Assembly: GCA_963812155.1 (NCBI GenBank) | Contig: CAWETW010000003.1 | Span: forward strand, 640,001-704,000 | DNA length: 64,000 nucleotides | Origin: Vulcanimicrobiota bacterium | GTDB taxonomy: Bacteria > Vulcanimicrobiota > Vulcanimicrobiia > Vulcanimicrobiales > Vulcanimicrobiaceae | Direction: 5' to 3' | In this document: piece after piece, positions 51,852 through 62,464 of the stretch | How positions within the stretch are numbered: position 1 is the stretch's first letter | Layout of the letters: every line of letters starts with the position of its first letter | Notes under the pieces: model-generated | What the model was told of the DNA's origin: nothing | The model's input: the letters and a program-made list of their open reading frames with translations, nothing else | Database searches by the model: none | Program-made: the position numbers and the translations under genes

Positions 51852-53546
51852 TTGACCTCAGACACATTGGTCGTACCCGCCCCGCCGGCGACGCCGTACA
51901 CGCGCGTAATTCCGCTCGGCGGCTGCGGTGAAATCGGCCGAAACATGACGCTCGTCGAGACCAACGACGACCTGGTGGTCGTCGACTGCGGCCTGATGTT
52001 TCCAGACGACGAGATGTACGGCGTGGACGTCGTCATCAACGATTTTACGTACGTCCGCGAACGTGCCGCCAAACTGCGCGCGGTGCTCGTGACGCACGGC
52101 CACGAGGACCACATCGGCGGGATTCCTTACTTCCTGCGCGAGTTTCCCGGCACGCCGATCGTGGGAACGCCGCTCTCGCTGGCGCTGATTAAGGCCAAGT
52201 CGCGCGAGCACAAGCTCGGCGAGATGGAACTCATCCAAGTCCGGCCGGGCGACCGCGTCCGGCACGGCTCGATCGAAATCGAGTTCGTGCACATCAATCA
52301 TTCGGTGGCGGGTGCCTGTGCACTGGCACTGCGAACGCCGGTCGGCACGATCTTCCACACCGGCGACTTCAAATTCGATCAGACGCCGATCGACGGCAAG
52401 CCGGCCGACTTCGCTTCACTCGCGCGCATCGGCGACGAGGGCGTGCTGTGCATGCTCTCGGATTCTACCAACGCCGAGCGGCCGGGCCACACGCTCTCCG
52501 AGCGTATCGTGGGCGAAGCGTTCACGGCCATTTTCTCGCGCGCCAAGGGCCGGATTCTGATCGCGTCGTTCGCCTCGAACGTTCCGCGCATTCAACAGGC
52601 GGTCGACCACGCCGTACGCTTCGGGCGCAAGGTCGCATTCTTGGGCCGTTCGATGCAAAACGTCGTGCATTTCGCGAGCGAACTCGGACATCTGCGGATA
52701 CCGCCGGCTACCGTCGTGAAGATCGAGGAGATCGACGCGCTGCCCGCCGAGCGCGTCGTCGTCGTGACGACGGGGTCGCAAGGCGAGCCGATGAGCGGCC
52801 TCGCGCGCATGTCGGTGCGCGACCATCCGAAGTTGAGCATCGTTCCGGGCGACACCATCGTTATTAGCGCGACGCCGATCCCGGGCAACGAGAAGAGCGT
52901 CTACAAGACGGTCAACAACCTCGCGAAGCTCGGCGCGACCGTCGTCCACGGTACCGACGGCCGGTCGCACGTCTCGGGACACGGCTCGCAAGAAGAGCTG
53001 TTGCTGATGCTCAACCTCATTCGTCCCGAGTTTTTCGTGCCGATCCACGGCGAGTACCGGATGCTCATGCAGCACGGGCGCTTGGCGGTGCAAACGGGCG
53101 TCGACGGCGGCAACGTCTTCGTCTTGGACAACGGCGACGTGCTGCAGTTCACGCCGGAGTTTTGCGACAAGATCGGCAAGACGTACGGCGGCCACGTCTT
53201 CGTTGACGGCTCGGGGGTCGGCGACGTCGGCGAAGCGGTGCTGCGAGACCGCAAAGCGCTTTCGAACGACGGCATCATGGTCGTGGTCGTCGCGATCGAC
53301 AGCGAAGAAGCGCGCGTTACCGCCGGACCAGATCTCATATCGAAGGGCGTGTTCTACCTACCCGAAGCCGGCGGCGTGCTCGACGAGCTGCGTGCCGAAA
53401 CGCTCGCCATGATCGAACACGTCTCGGTCGAAGGCGTCCGCGACGTCAGCACGGTCAAGGAACACATCCGCAGCGGCCTCGCCAAAGCGATTTACGCACG
53501 CACGAAGCGACGCCCGATGGTGATTCCGGTCGTGATGGAAGTCTAA
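51852..53546 (+). CDS. rnj: Ribonuclease J
   Basis: PLGGCGEIGRNM, THGHEDHIG, HTGDFK, DSTNA, TGSQGEP and HVSGH. TTG start. Confidence 0.97.
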   Translation: MTSDTLVVPAPPATPYTRVIPLGGCGEIGRNMTLVETNDDLVVVDCGLMFPDDEMYGVDVVINDFTYVRERAAKLRAVLVTHGHEDHIGGIPYFLREFPGTPIVGTPLSLALIKAKSREHKLGEMELIQVRPGDRVRHGSIEIEFVHINHSVAGACALALRTPVGTIFHTGDFKFDQTPIDGKPADFASLARIGDEGVLCMLSDSTNAERPGHTLSERIVGEAFTAIFSRAKGRILIASFASNVPRIQQAVDHAVRFGRKVAFLGRSMQNVVHFASELGHLRIPPATVVKIEEIDALPAERVVVVTTGSQGEPMSGLARMSVRDHPKLSIVPGDTIVISATPIPGNEKSVYKTVNNLAKLGATVVHGTDGRSHVSGHGSQEELLLMLNLIRPEFFVPIHGEYRMLMQHGRLAVQTGVDGGNVFVLDNGDVLQFTPEFCDKIGKTYGGHVFVDGSGVGDVGEAVLRDRKALSNDGIMVVVVAIDSEEARVTAGPDLISKGVFYLPEAGGVLDELRAETLAMIEHVSVEGVRDVSTVKEHIRSGLAKAIYARTKRRPMVIPVVMEV

Positions 53547-53559
53547 CGCTTCCACGTCA

Positions 53560-54636
53560 TCATAACGTTGACCAAACGTCGAGTTTGCGGCGCACGCTTT
53601 CGATGACGGCGTCGGTGAACTCGGTCGTGCTCGCGTGGCCGCCTAAGTCGGCGGTGGCGATGCCGGCGTGGAGCGCTTCGAGCGCCGATTCGTAGATGGC
53701 GCGCGACGCATTGGCGGCGCGGCGATCGTCGACGTACGACAGCAACGCGGCCGACGCGAGAATCATTGCCAGCGGGTTGGCGACGTTTTTTCCGAAGAGG
53801 CGCGGTGCGGTGCCGTGCGGCGCTTCTGCGAGCACGACGCTGGGCGCGAACGATTGGTCGAATCCCAGAATGAGGGACTCGGCGCCGGCAATCGATCCGA
53901 ACAGCTGCATGACCATGTCGGAGAGGCAATCGCCGTCGCGATTGAGCGCCGGAATCACCAGCGGATGGTCGCCCGACGTCGAGAGCAGCAGCGCGTAGGT
54001 CGCGTCGATCAGTTGCGGATCGTACGGCACGTCCGGATGGCGCGCCGCCGCGGCATCCATTTCTTCTTTGAGCATTCCTTCGTACACGGGGCTCACCGTG
54101 AACTTGGGGCCGCCGAAAACGACGCCGGCTACGCGTTTCGCGTGCGCGAAGGCATACTCGGCGACGTCGCGGCAGACGCCGCGCGAAATCGTTTCGGTGC
54201 GGTGAGCAACTTCGGCGGTGCCTTCACCCTCGCGCCATTCCTTTGCGCCGTAGGCGTCGCCCACGGCCATGCGGACCACGGAGATCGGCGCGTGGATGCC
54301 GCCGACCGGCCGAATCCGCGGCAGCCTGCGACCGGTTCGCACGATGACCTTCGCGCCGATACGTTCGCGCAGAATCCGGTTGGGCGACCCGACGTCCTCT
54401 TTCGCTTCGGGCGTAATCGTTGCAGCCTTCAGCCCGAGCCCGTATTTCACGACGGCGTCGGCCGCTTCGAGGACCACGGCGTTTTCGGTTTCGCGTCTGC
54501 GCTCCAACGAAAGGTCGTAACGCTGGAACTCGAGTTCCACGTCGACGACCGATCGGTCGAGAACGCGCAGCGCTTCGAGCAACAACTCCTGTCCGGTTTG
54601 ATCCCCTTCGAGAACGGCGACCGTGGGCGTACTCAA
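53560..54636 (-). CDS. Isocitrate/isopropylmalate dehydrogenase-family enzyme, probably IDH
   Basis: EGDQTG, KAATITP, SPNRILR, NRDGDCLSD, EAPHGTAP and ANPLAMI. TTG start after a GAGGA RBS. Confidence 0.85.
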   Translation of the reverse strand: MSTPTVAVLEGDQTGQELLLEALRVLDRSVVDVELEFQRYDLSLERRRETENAVVLEAADAVVKYGLGLKAATITPEAKEDVGSPNRILRERIGAKVIVRTGRRLPRIRPVGGIHAPISVVRMAVGDAYGAKEWREGEGTAEVAHRTETISRGVCRDVAEYAFAHAKRVAGVVFGGPKFTVSPVYEGMLKEEMDAAAARHPDVPYDPQLIDATYALLLSTSGDHPLVIPALNRDGDCLSDMVMQLFGSIAGAESLILGFDQSFAPSVVLAEAPHGTAPRLFGKNVANPLAMILASAALLSYVDDRRAANASRAIYESALEALHAGIATADLGGHASTTEFTDAVIESVRRKLDVWSTL

Positions 54637-54673
54637 ATGAAGTTCCTCGCAGAATAACGAATCGGTGAAGTCC

Positions 54674-56869
54674 ATGGCACGCACGCGCCGGAGGGCTGCG
54701 GCGAGGAATAAGATCAACCTCGAGATCGTTGGAATCGCCGCATTGGCACTCGCCCTGTGGTGCGGCATCGCGCTTGCGCTCCCGCATCACACCGGCAGCG
54801 TCGGCGTCGTCACGGCCGCATTGCTGCGCCAACTCTTTGGAGGCGCCGCGCCGCTTTTCCCGGTGATGGTGGCCCTGCTCGGTGCAATCGTCTTCTTGGA
54901 AGTCAACGTGCCGCGCATGATCGTTGGGCTGGGAAGCACCGCGCTCGCGTATTTCCTGATTTTCGACGCAGGGTTTGCGGCGGCCGGACGCGGCGGCTCC
55001 GTCGGCGAGAGCACCTGGTGGGCGTTGCGCTCGCTGCTCGGCGTGGTCGGCGGATGGATCGTCCTGGTCTTGGCCGCGCTCTCGCTCGCGCTGTGGCTCA
55101 CCAATGCGAGCCTGAAGCAGCTCATCGGTAAAGCGATCGTCTTTTTGCGCGGCGTGCGGATGCCGTCGCTGCCGCCGATGCGGGTGAGCCTGCCGGAAGG
55201 CCACGGCTCGTTGCGCGAAGCCTTCGCCCTTCCCGACGCCCCCGCCGCGCCTTCATATGAAGAAACGCCCGTGGTAGAGGTGGAGATCGAACACGCCCCC
55301 GCGCCGCTCGACCTGTCGCCGGCAGTTCCGGCAAAGCGGCCGCCCGCCGTTCCTCCGCCGTATCCGTTCGAAAGCGCGCCGCCGGACCGGCAAGAGGGAG
55401 CAGGGGCCGATCCGGCTTCGGCCGGGCGCCCATATCGCTTGCCCGACCTGTCCATATTCGATCCGCCGCCCGCCAAGGTGGTGGACGAGTCGAATCGAGC
55501 GCATCTGCTCGAGGATACGCTTGCGAGCTTCGGCGTAGGCGCGAAGGTCGTGCACATCGAGCGCGGTCCTTCGATCACGCGCTACGAGCTGCGCCCGGAA
55601 CGCGGCGTGAAGATTTCGCGCATCGCTTCGCTGGCCGACGACCTTGCGCTGGCGCTGGCCGCGACCAGCGTCCGCATCGAGGCGCCGATTCCCGGAAAGT
55701 CCGCGGTCGGCATCGAGATCCCAAACCAAACGGTCTCCGTCGTGGCGGTGCGCGAGATCCTCGACGCAATTCCCAACCGCGGACAAATTCCGCCGCTGTG
55801 GATGGCGCTCGGCAAAGACATCACCGGCCGGCCGGTGTTCGGCGACCTCTGCAACATGCCGCACTTGCTCGTCGCCGGCGCAACCGGTGCCGGAAAATCG
55901 GTGTGCCTCAACACGATTATTGCTTCGCTCCTCGTCACCGCGACGCCGGATCAAGTGCAGATGCTGATGATCGATCCTAAGCGCGTCGAGTTGACCGTCT
56001 TCAACGGCATTCCGCACCTCATCAAAGAGGTGATCACCGATCCTCGCCTCGCCGCCGGGGCGCTCTTCGAGATGACCAAGGAGATGGACTCGCGTTACGA
56101 GCGCTTTGCCAAAGCCGGCGTTCGCAAGATCGAGGAGTACAACTCGAAGTATCCCGACGAACGGCTGCCGTACGTCGTGATCGTCATCGACGAGCTGGCC
56201 GATCTCATGCTGGTTGCGCCGGCGAAGGTCGAGTCGACGATCATGCGATTGGCGCAGTTGGCCCGCGCTACCGGCATCCATCTGGTGGTGGCGACGCAGC
56301 GTCCGTCGGTGGACGTCATCACGGGTTTGATCAAGGCGAACATTCCGTCGCGCATCGCTTTTGCGGTGAGTTCCCAAACCGATTCGCGCGTCGTGCTGGA
56401 TATGAACGGCGCCGAACGGCTGCTGGGCCGCGGCGACATGCTGTATCTTCCCATCGACGCACCCAAGCCGGTGCGCGCGCAAGGCGCGCTCATCACGGCA
56501 TCGGAAGTGGGGCGGCTGGTCGAATTTTGGGCGCGGCAGGGGCGTCCGGCTAATCTGCTCGACGTCGAGGTCGTGCCGGTCAGCGATGACGAAAGTTCGA
56601 AGGTGGTCGATCCGCTCTGTTACGACGCGGCGAAGTTCATCATCGAAACGAACTACGCGTCGACCGCGCAGCTGCAATCGCAGTTTTCGATCGGACATCC
56701 GCGTGCCGTGCGTCTGATGAAGCAGCTCGAGGAGTTCAAGGTCGTCGGTCCGCACGAGGGAACCAAGCCGCGGAAAATCGTCGTAGGCTTGCCGGAACTG
56801 GAGATGATGGCCCCGCGCCTCGGTAAGGGCGATGGCGGTCAGCAAGATTTGTTTGCGAGCGGCTCGTGA
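54674..56869 (+). CDS. ftsK: DNA translocase FtsK/SpoIIIE
   Basis: Four TM helices, RIEAPIPGKSAVGIE, PHLLVAGATGAGKS, IDELADLM, ATQRPSVDV and a gamma domain. Confidence 0.97.
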   Translation: MARTRRRAAARNKINLEIVGIAALALALWCGIALALPHHTGSVGVVTAALLRQLFGGAAPLFPVMVALLGAIVFLEVNVPRMIVGLGSTALAYFLIFDAGFAAAGRGGSVGESTWWALRSLLGVVGGWIVLVLAALSLALWLTNASLKQLIGKAIVFLRGVRMPSLPPMRVSLPEGHGSLREAFALPDAPAAPSYEETPVVEVEIEHAPAPLDLSPAVPAKRPPAVPPPYPFESAPPDRQEGAGADPASAGRPYRLPDLSIFDPPPAKVVDESNRAHLLEDTLASFGVGAKVVHIERGPSITRYELRPERGVKISRIASLADDLALALAATSVRIEAPIPGKSAVGIEIPNQTVSVVAVREILDAIPNRGQIPPLWMALGKDITGRPVFGDLCNMPHLLVAGATGAGKSVCLNTIIASLLVTATPDQVQMLMIDPKRVELTVFNGIPHLIKEVITDPRLAAGALFEMTKEMDSRYERFAKAGVRKIEEYNSKYPDERLPYVVIVIDELADLMLVAPAKVESTIMRLAQLARATGIHLVVATQRPSVDVITGLIKANIPSRIAFAVSSQTDSRVVLDMNGAERLLGRGDMLYLPIDAPKPVRAQGALITASEVGRLVEFWARQGRPANLLDVEVVPVSDDESSKVVDPLCYDAAKFIIETNYASTAQLQSQFSIGHPRAVRLMKQLEEFKVVGPHEGTKPRKIVVGLPELEMMAPRLGKGDGGQQDLFASGS

Positions 56870-57489
56870 GAATCGCGTACGCGCTTTCCGCTGCGGTCGC
56901 GGCGTCGTTGTTCGTCACCCTCGGCCTCGACGTGACGCGTTCGGGCGAGCCGGCGTCGTTCGTGGCGATGGAACGAACGCTCCTCGGTCAGGGCGCGCTG
57001 GTTGCATGGTGGCTGACGTGGACGTGCTATCCGTACGTGCTGGCGCCGCTGGCGGTGGCGCTGCTCGCGATCGCGTGGCGCGTACCGGCGTGGCGGACGC
57101 GCATTCTTTTCAGCATCGTGATGTTGCTGCTCTGCTGGCGCGGCGCGGATCTCGCCCAGCACTATTTCATGCGGCCGCGCCGTCTCGACTGGCTGGTCAA
57201 GCACGAGGGCGCGTTTTCGTATCCTTCCTCGCACGCAGCCATCGCCACGGGTTTCTACGCACTCTGGGCCGCGATGCTCTACACGTCGGATTTGCCGCGT
57301 CGCGCACGCACGGTCGCGGCCGCATGCCTGCTCCTTCTTGCGATCGCGATTTGTTGGGCGCGCCTAGCGCTCGGCGCGCACTATCTGACCGACCTCGTCG
57401 GCGGCGCGCTGCTGGCTGCGGCGCTGGTCGCCGCCGGCATCGCGGTCCTGCCGGTAAAGGTCTTTGCATCGGCCGAGGCGCGCACGTAG
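56866..57489 (+). CDS. PAP2-family phosphatase
   Basis: RPR, SYPSSHA and ARLALGAHYLTDLVGG. Confidence 0.9.
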   Translation: MRIAYALSAAVAASLFVTLGLDVTRSGEPASFVAMERTLLGQGALVAWWLTWTCYPYVLAPLAVALLAIAWRVPAWRTRILFSIVMLLLCWRGADLAQHYFMRPRRLDWLVKHEGAFSYPSSHAAIATGFYALWAAMLYTSDLPRRARTVAAACLLLLAIAICWARLALGAHYLTDLVGGALLAAALVAAGIAVLPVKVFASAEART

Positions 57490-57499
57490 AATGTGGGCA

Positions 57500-58636
57500 A
57501 TGCGATATGCCGACCCCGCGCTGGCCGAAATCGACCGCAAGGTCGAGGCGGAGATTCCGCTTTCGTTTGAGGACGGCCTGGCGCTGTATGCGTCGCGCGA
57601 CCTGCACGGTTTGGGGCATATGGCGCGCCGCGTCAAGGAACGCAAGAGCGGCCGCAAGGTGTTTTACGTACTCAACCGCTACATCAACTCCACCAACGTC
57701 TGCTTTGCGGGCTGCACGTTCTGCTCGTTCGCAGCCGACGAGTTCAAGGAGCCGCAGCGCGTTTTCCGCATGACGGCCGATCAAGTCTTCGCCAAAGCGG
57801 TCGAGACCGGGACGAATTTCAACCAAATCCACATCGTCGGGGGACACGATCCTCGTCAGCTTTCTCTCGACTACTGGCTGCCGCTGATGCGCCGCTTCAA
57901 GGAAGTGCTGCCGCACGTGCAGCTGTCGCTTTTCACGGCGGCGGAGATCGAGTACATGGCCAAACGCCACCGGCTGTCGTTTCCGGAGATCGTGACCGCA
58001 CTTCGCGACGCCGGTCTCGATAACGTCAACGGCGGCGCTGCCGAGATTTTTGCCGAAGAAACGCGCGCGAAGATTTGCCCGAACAAGGTCTCGAGCGCGA
58101 ACTGGGTAGCCATCCACGAAGAACTGCATCGCCAGGGCGTCGCCAGCAACGCCACGATGCTGTACGGACACATCGAAAGTATTGCCGATCGCGTCGATCA
58201 CTTGATCCGGCTGCGCGAATCGCAGGATCGCTCGCCGGGATTTAACGCGTTCATTCCGCTGGCGTTCCATCCCGACGGCAACGAACTCTCGTATTGCGGC
58301 TGGACGGGCGGTCTCGACGACGTGCGCACGTTCGCGGTCGCACGGCTGATGCTGCACAACTTCGACCACGTCAAAGCGTACTGGATGATTCAAGGCTTGA
58401 AGGTCTGTCAAGTGGCGCTGCAGTTCGGTGCCGACGACATGGACGGCACGCACGGATCGACCGACGAAGAGATGATCTACCATTCGGCGGGAACGCAATC
58501 GGGGCAATACGTCGACGATCGCGAGTTTCGCCGCCTGATCGAGGGCGCGGGCTACGTGCCCGTGCGCCGCAACTCGACCTACGTTGAGTTTGCGTGGGAC
58601 TGGACGCCGCCGTCGCGCGAACTGATCGAAGCCTAG
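57500..58636 (+). CDS. mqnE: Aminofutalosine synthase (radical SAM)
   Basis: NSTNVCFAGCTFC, IHIVGG, GGAAEIF, NATMLYGHIE, IPLAFHP and HVKAYW. Confidence 0.9.
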   Translation: MRYADPALAEIDRKVEAEIPLSFEDGLALYASRDLHGLGHMARRVKERKSGRKVFYVLNRYINSTNVCFAGCTFCSFAADEFKEPQRVFRMTADQVFAKAVETGTNFNQIHIVGGHDPRQLSLDYWLPLMRRFKEVLPHVQLSLFTAAEIEYMAKRHRLSFPEIVTALRDAGLDNVNGGAAEIFAEETRAKICPNKVSSANWVAIHEELHRQGVASNATMLYGHIESIADRVDHLIRLRESQDRSPGFNAFIPLAFHPDGNELSYCGWTGGLDDVRTFAVARLMLHNFDHVKAYWMIQGLKVCQVALQFGADDMDGTHGSTDEEMIYHSAGTQSGQYVDDREFRRLIEGAGYVPVRRNSTYVEFAWDWTPPSRELIEA

Positions 58637-58647
58637 GAATTTCGACG

Positions 58648-59481
58648 ATGCTGCGCTGCGGCCGGATCGAGTACACGAACGTACTTCCCATCTACGCGGC
58701 GGTCGACGAAGGCGCGATCGCACATCCGGGCTCGCTTCACGCAGCCGTTCCCGCGCGTCTGAATGCGATGCTACTGGGCGCAGAACTCGACGTCAGCCCG
58801 ATCAGCGCATTCGAATGGGCCAAACACGCAGGTGACTTGGTGCTCCTGCCGGGTCTATGCGTCGGCGCACGCGCCGACGTGATGTCGGTCGTGCTTGTTT
58901 CAGCCGTTCCGCCGTCGCTGCTCGGCGGTGAAACCGTGTACGTGACCGATGCATCGGCGACGGGGCGCCATCTCTTGCGCGTCATTCTGGAACGCCGGTA
59001 CGGCGTCACGCCGAACTACCGGGTTGAGCCGCGGCCGCTCGAGCGCGCGCGGGCCGGCGCGCCGGTGCTGCTGATCGGCGACGCCGCGATCGACGCCGTC
59101 GACGCGTTGCCGGCGGCGCACGTGTACGATCTCGGCAAACTCTGGCACGACTGGACCGGCGAGGATATGGTGTTTGCCGTGTGGGCCGCGCGGCGCGACG
59201 CCTACGAGCGCGATCCCGAGGGGGTGCAGCGCTGCATGCGCGCGCTGGCCGATGCGCGAGCCTGGTCGCGCGCGAACTTCGAGCGCGTGGTCGCGCTGGC
59301 GCAGCGTACGATTCCGCGCGCGCCGGGCTTCTACGAAACGTACTATGGAACACTCAACTTCACGTTCGATGCCGCCGCGCAGCGCGGGCTGGACGCCTAC
59401 TGCCGCGAACTGCGCGCGATCGGCGCGATCGATGCGGTTCCACCGTGCGCACCGGAGGCGCTCGATGCCGTCGCTCGCTAA
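58648..59481 (+). CDS. mqnA: Chorismate dehydratase
   Basis: GRIEYTNVLP, VMSV, SATG, LLIGDAA and DLG.LW..WTG..MVFAVW. Confidence 0.9.
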   Translation: MLRCGRIEYTNVLPIYAAVDEGAIAHPGSLHAAVPARLNAMLLGAELDVSPISAFEWAKHAGDLVLLPGLCVGARADVMSVVLVSAVPPSLLGGETVYVTDASATGRHLLRVILERRYGVTPNYRVEPRPLERARAGAPVLLIGDAAIDAVDALPAAHVYDLGKLWHDWTGEDMVFAVWAARRDAYERDPEGVQRCMRALADARAWSRANFERVVALAQRTIPRAPGFYETYYGTLNFTFDAAAQRGLDAYCRELRAIGAIDAVPPCAPEALDAVAR

Positions 59482-60550
59482 TCTCCTCGACCGCGCCGCC
59501 GGCGGCGGCCGGTTGACCTTCGACGAAGGCGTTCGTCTCTACGAAGAGGCGGACATCCACGAACTCGGCGCCGCCGCGCACGCGCGCCGCTTGCAGATGC
59601 ATTCGCCCAGCGTCGTTACGTACGTCGTCGACACGACGATCAACTATACGAACGTCTGCAACGTGCACTGCACGTTCTGCGCCTTTTTCCGGCCCGAACA
59701 GCACAAAGAAGGCTACACGATGTCGCACGACGCCGTGCTGGAACGCGTGAAGTACGCCGCCGGACAAGGCGCCACGCAGATCATGATTCAGGGCGGCGTC
59801 AATCCCGAGTTGCGGCTCGAGTGGTTCGAGCGGCTCTTCGAGCGCGTCTGCCGCGAGTATCCGGACGTCGACGTGCACTCCCTCTCGGTCTCCGAGGTCG
59901 TCGGACTCGCCCACGTCGAGGAACTGTCGATCCGGGACGTGCTGGGGCGCCTGCAAGCCGCCGGAATGAAATCGCTTCCCGGTGCGGGTGCGGAGATTCT
60001 CGTCGAGCGCGTGCGCAAGCGCATCTCGGCGCGCAAGGTCAAGCCGGAGGAGTGGCTCGGCGTCATGCGCGAGGCGCAACTGCTGGGAATGCCGACGACC
60101 GCAACGATGATGTTCGGTTCGATCGAAACGCCTTCCGAACGGGTCGAACACATGCACGTCCTGCGCGAACTCCAAGACGAAACCGGCGGCTTCACCGCCT
60201 TTATTCCGTGGTACTACGTGCCGTTCAAGACACCGCTTCGCGGGCGCGAGGCGATGGGCTTGGAGTATCTGCGGGTGCTGGCGGTGTCGCGCCTCTACCT
60301 CGATAACTTTCCGCACTTACAGGCATCGTGGCTGACGCCCGGCCTCAAGCTCGGTCAACTCGCGCTCTTCTACGGATGCGACGACATGGGCGGCACGATC
60401 ATCGAAGAGCGCGTCGTGCACGATGCCGGCAGCACCAACGAGGCGACGCGGCGCGACCTCGAAAACGCCATCCTCACCGCCGGCTTCACGCCGGTGATTC
60501 GCGACACGTATTGGAATTTGCGCAACGACCTCGCGTTGGCTACCGCGTAG
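59465..60550 (+). CDS. mqnC: Cyclic dehypoxanthine futalosine synthase
   Basis: INYTNVCNVHCTFCAF, QGG, PGAGAEIL, TATMMFG, FIPW and QASW. Confidence 0.92.
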   Translation: MPSLANLLDRAAGGGRLTFDEGVRLYEEADIHELGAAAHARRLQMHSPSVVTYVVDTTINYTNVCNVHCTFCAFFRPEQHKEGYTMSHDAVLERVKYAAGQGATQIMIQGGVNPELRLEWFERLFERVCREYPDVDVHSLSVSEVVGLAHVEELSIRDVLGRLQAAGMKSLPGAGAEILVERVRKRISARKVKPEEWLGVMREAQLLGMPTTATMMFGSIETPSERVEHMHVLRELQDETGGFTAFIPWYYVPFKTPLRGREAMGLEYLRVLAVSRLYLDNFPHLQASWLTPGLKLGQLALFYGCDDMGGTIIEERVVHDAGSTNEATRRDLENAILTAGFTPVIRDTYWNLRNDLALATA

Positions 60551-60554
60551 CCCT

Positions 60555-61635
60555 TTAGAAGGAGGCTGATGATCGTGGCGGCGCCGAGCACTTCGCTGCC
60601 GTCGAGATCGAGCAGCGCAACGAGTTGGCCCGGCGCAATCGCGCGCTGAGGCCGTTCGAACCGGAGCGTCAGTGCATCGTCCCCGGCAACCGTTGCGACG
60701 GCGCGTGCCGGCGTCGCCCGGTAGCGCACCATCGCCAGAACCTCGGTATCGCCGCCGGCGAACCGCTCGGGACGAATGAGATTGCGCTCGCCGGCGAGCA
60801 GCGTCGAGGAGAAGAGTTCGTCTTCGCGTCCGACGACGACGGTGTTCGTGGCGGCATCGATCCGCGTGACGTAGCGCGGCCCGTCCTCGTGCGCGGGCAC
60901 GCCGGCTCGCTGGCCGATGGTATAGCGCGCGATGCCGCCGTGCGTGCCGACGGACTCGCCGCCGCCGGCAACGACCTCACCGGGCCGGTTGATGCCGGGC
61001 AGCATGCGTTCGAGCACGTCGCGGTAGTCGCCGCCCTCGACGAAGCAAATGTCCTGCGACTCGGCTTTGTCGTGAACCGGCAACCCGAGGCGAAGCGCGT
61101 GCGCGCGCGTCGCTACCTTGTCGAGTTCGCCGAGCGGCAGCAGCAGTTGGTCGAGCTGCGCCGGCGCAAGTTGCGCGAGCGCGTAGGCTTGATCCTTGGC
61201 GTGCGGCGTTGCGAAAGAGGTGCGGACCGTCGGCCCGGTGCTCCAGGCGCGCGTAGTGGCCGGTCGCGACGAATCGCGCGTCCAGACGCTCCGCGTAACG
61301 CGGCCAGCGTACCGAGCTTGACGAAGTTGTTGCAGGAGACGCACGGATTGGGCGTGCGGCCGCTCGAGTATTCGTCGTGCGAATCGTTCGATGACGTCGC
61401 GCCGAAACGTCTCTTCGAAATCGAGGACGTAGTGCGGAATGCCAAGCAATGCGGCGCTGCGCCGGGCGTCGTCGAAGTCGTCGATGCCGCAGCAACTCTT
61501 GGCATAGGCGTGTTTCGACGGCGCGTACATCTTCATCGTCACGCCGACGACGTCGTAGCCCGCTTCGACTAGGAGTCCGGCGGCTACGGCGGAGTCGACG
61601 CCGCCGCTCATGGCTGCAATAACGCGTTCTTTCAT
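60555..61635 (-). CDS. mnmA: tRNA 2-thiouridylase (several frameshifts)
   Basis: AMSGGVDSAV, GRTPNPCVSCN (alternative frame), ATGHYAR (alternative frame), KDQAY, ESQDICF and APGQ. Confidence 0.93.
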
Positions 61636-61687
61636 TACACTGACGCGGACAGGATAACAAAAGGTCGGGGCTAACAAAAGCCCTCAA

Positions 61688-62456
61688 ATGCCAGGAGGTT
61701 CCCTGGGCGACCGGTTTCGTGCCGCGCGGGAAGCGCGCGGCTCTCCCTCTCGGACTGTCTCCGACCAGGTCCGAATCCGGTCGGTCTACCTGCGCCGCCA
61801 TCGAGGAGGAGAACTGGAAGGCGATCGGCGCGCGCCGTTTACGTCCGCGGCTTTTTGCGCACGTACGCCCGCTTTTTGGGACTCGACCCTGAAGAGGTCG
61901 TCACCGCATTCAACGACGAGGTCGCAGCCACAGGCGCACGCCGCCGGCGAAACGGCGGCGCAGCGGCCGGCGCGCGCCGAGCGCTCTTCGCAACCCGGGT
62001 CGCTGCTGCATCTGGATCGCCGGCATCGTCGCCGTGCTGCTCGTGGCATTCGTCGCCTACAACGCCCTCACGATGCATCGGGAAGTCGCCGGTCGCGGCC
62101 GCCGAGCGCCTCACCCGCACCGCTCGAATCGCCGGAGCCGAACGCGGTCCCCGGCCGCGGGCGTCGCCGGCAAGCGCTTCCCCGGCTGCGACTCAGACGC
62201 CGCCTGGCCCGGCGGGCGCCGGCCCTGCGACGCTTGCCCTGGTGCTGTCGGCCCCGTCGTGGCTCAGGGTCACCGTTGACGGCAATGTTAGCATTGAGGG
62301 TACGTTTCCGGCCGGCACCAGCAAGACGTTCCATGGAAAGAGCGCGCTGGTGCGCGTCGGCAACGCCGGCGGCGTCGAGATTTTCGTCGACGGCAAGGAC
62401 GTCGGCAAACTCGGCAAGATCGGGCGACGTCGCCGAACGCGCTTTCACGCTTATAG
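61688..62456 (+). CDS. rodZ: RodZ-like HTH / DUF4115 membrane protein (several frameshifts)
   Basis: [28 protein letters not shown], a TM segment, and SWLRVTVDG...VRVGNAGGV. Confidence 0.8.
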
Positions 62457-62464
62457 GAGTAAGG

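Noticed and set aside
60370..60554. mnmA overlapping mqnC by 180 bp
   Set aside because: Probably an indel near the true stop at about 60555.
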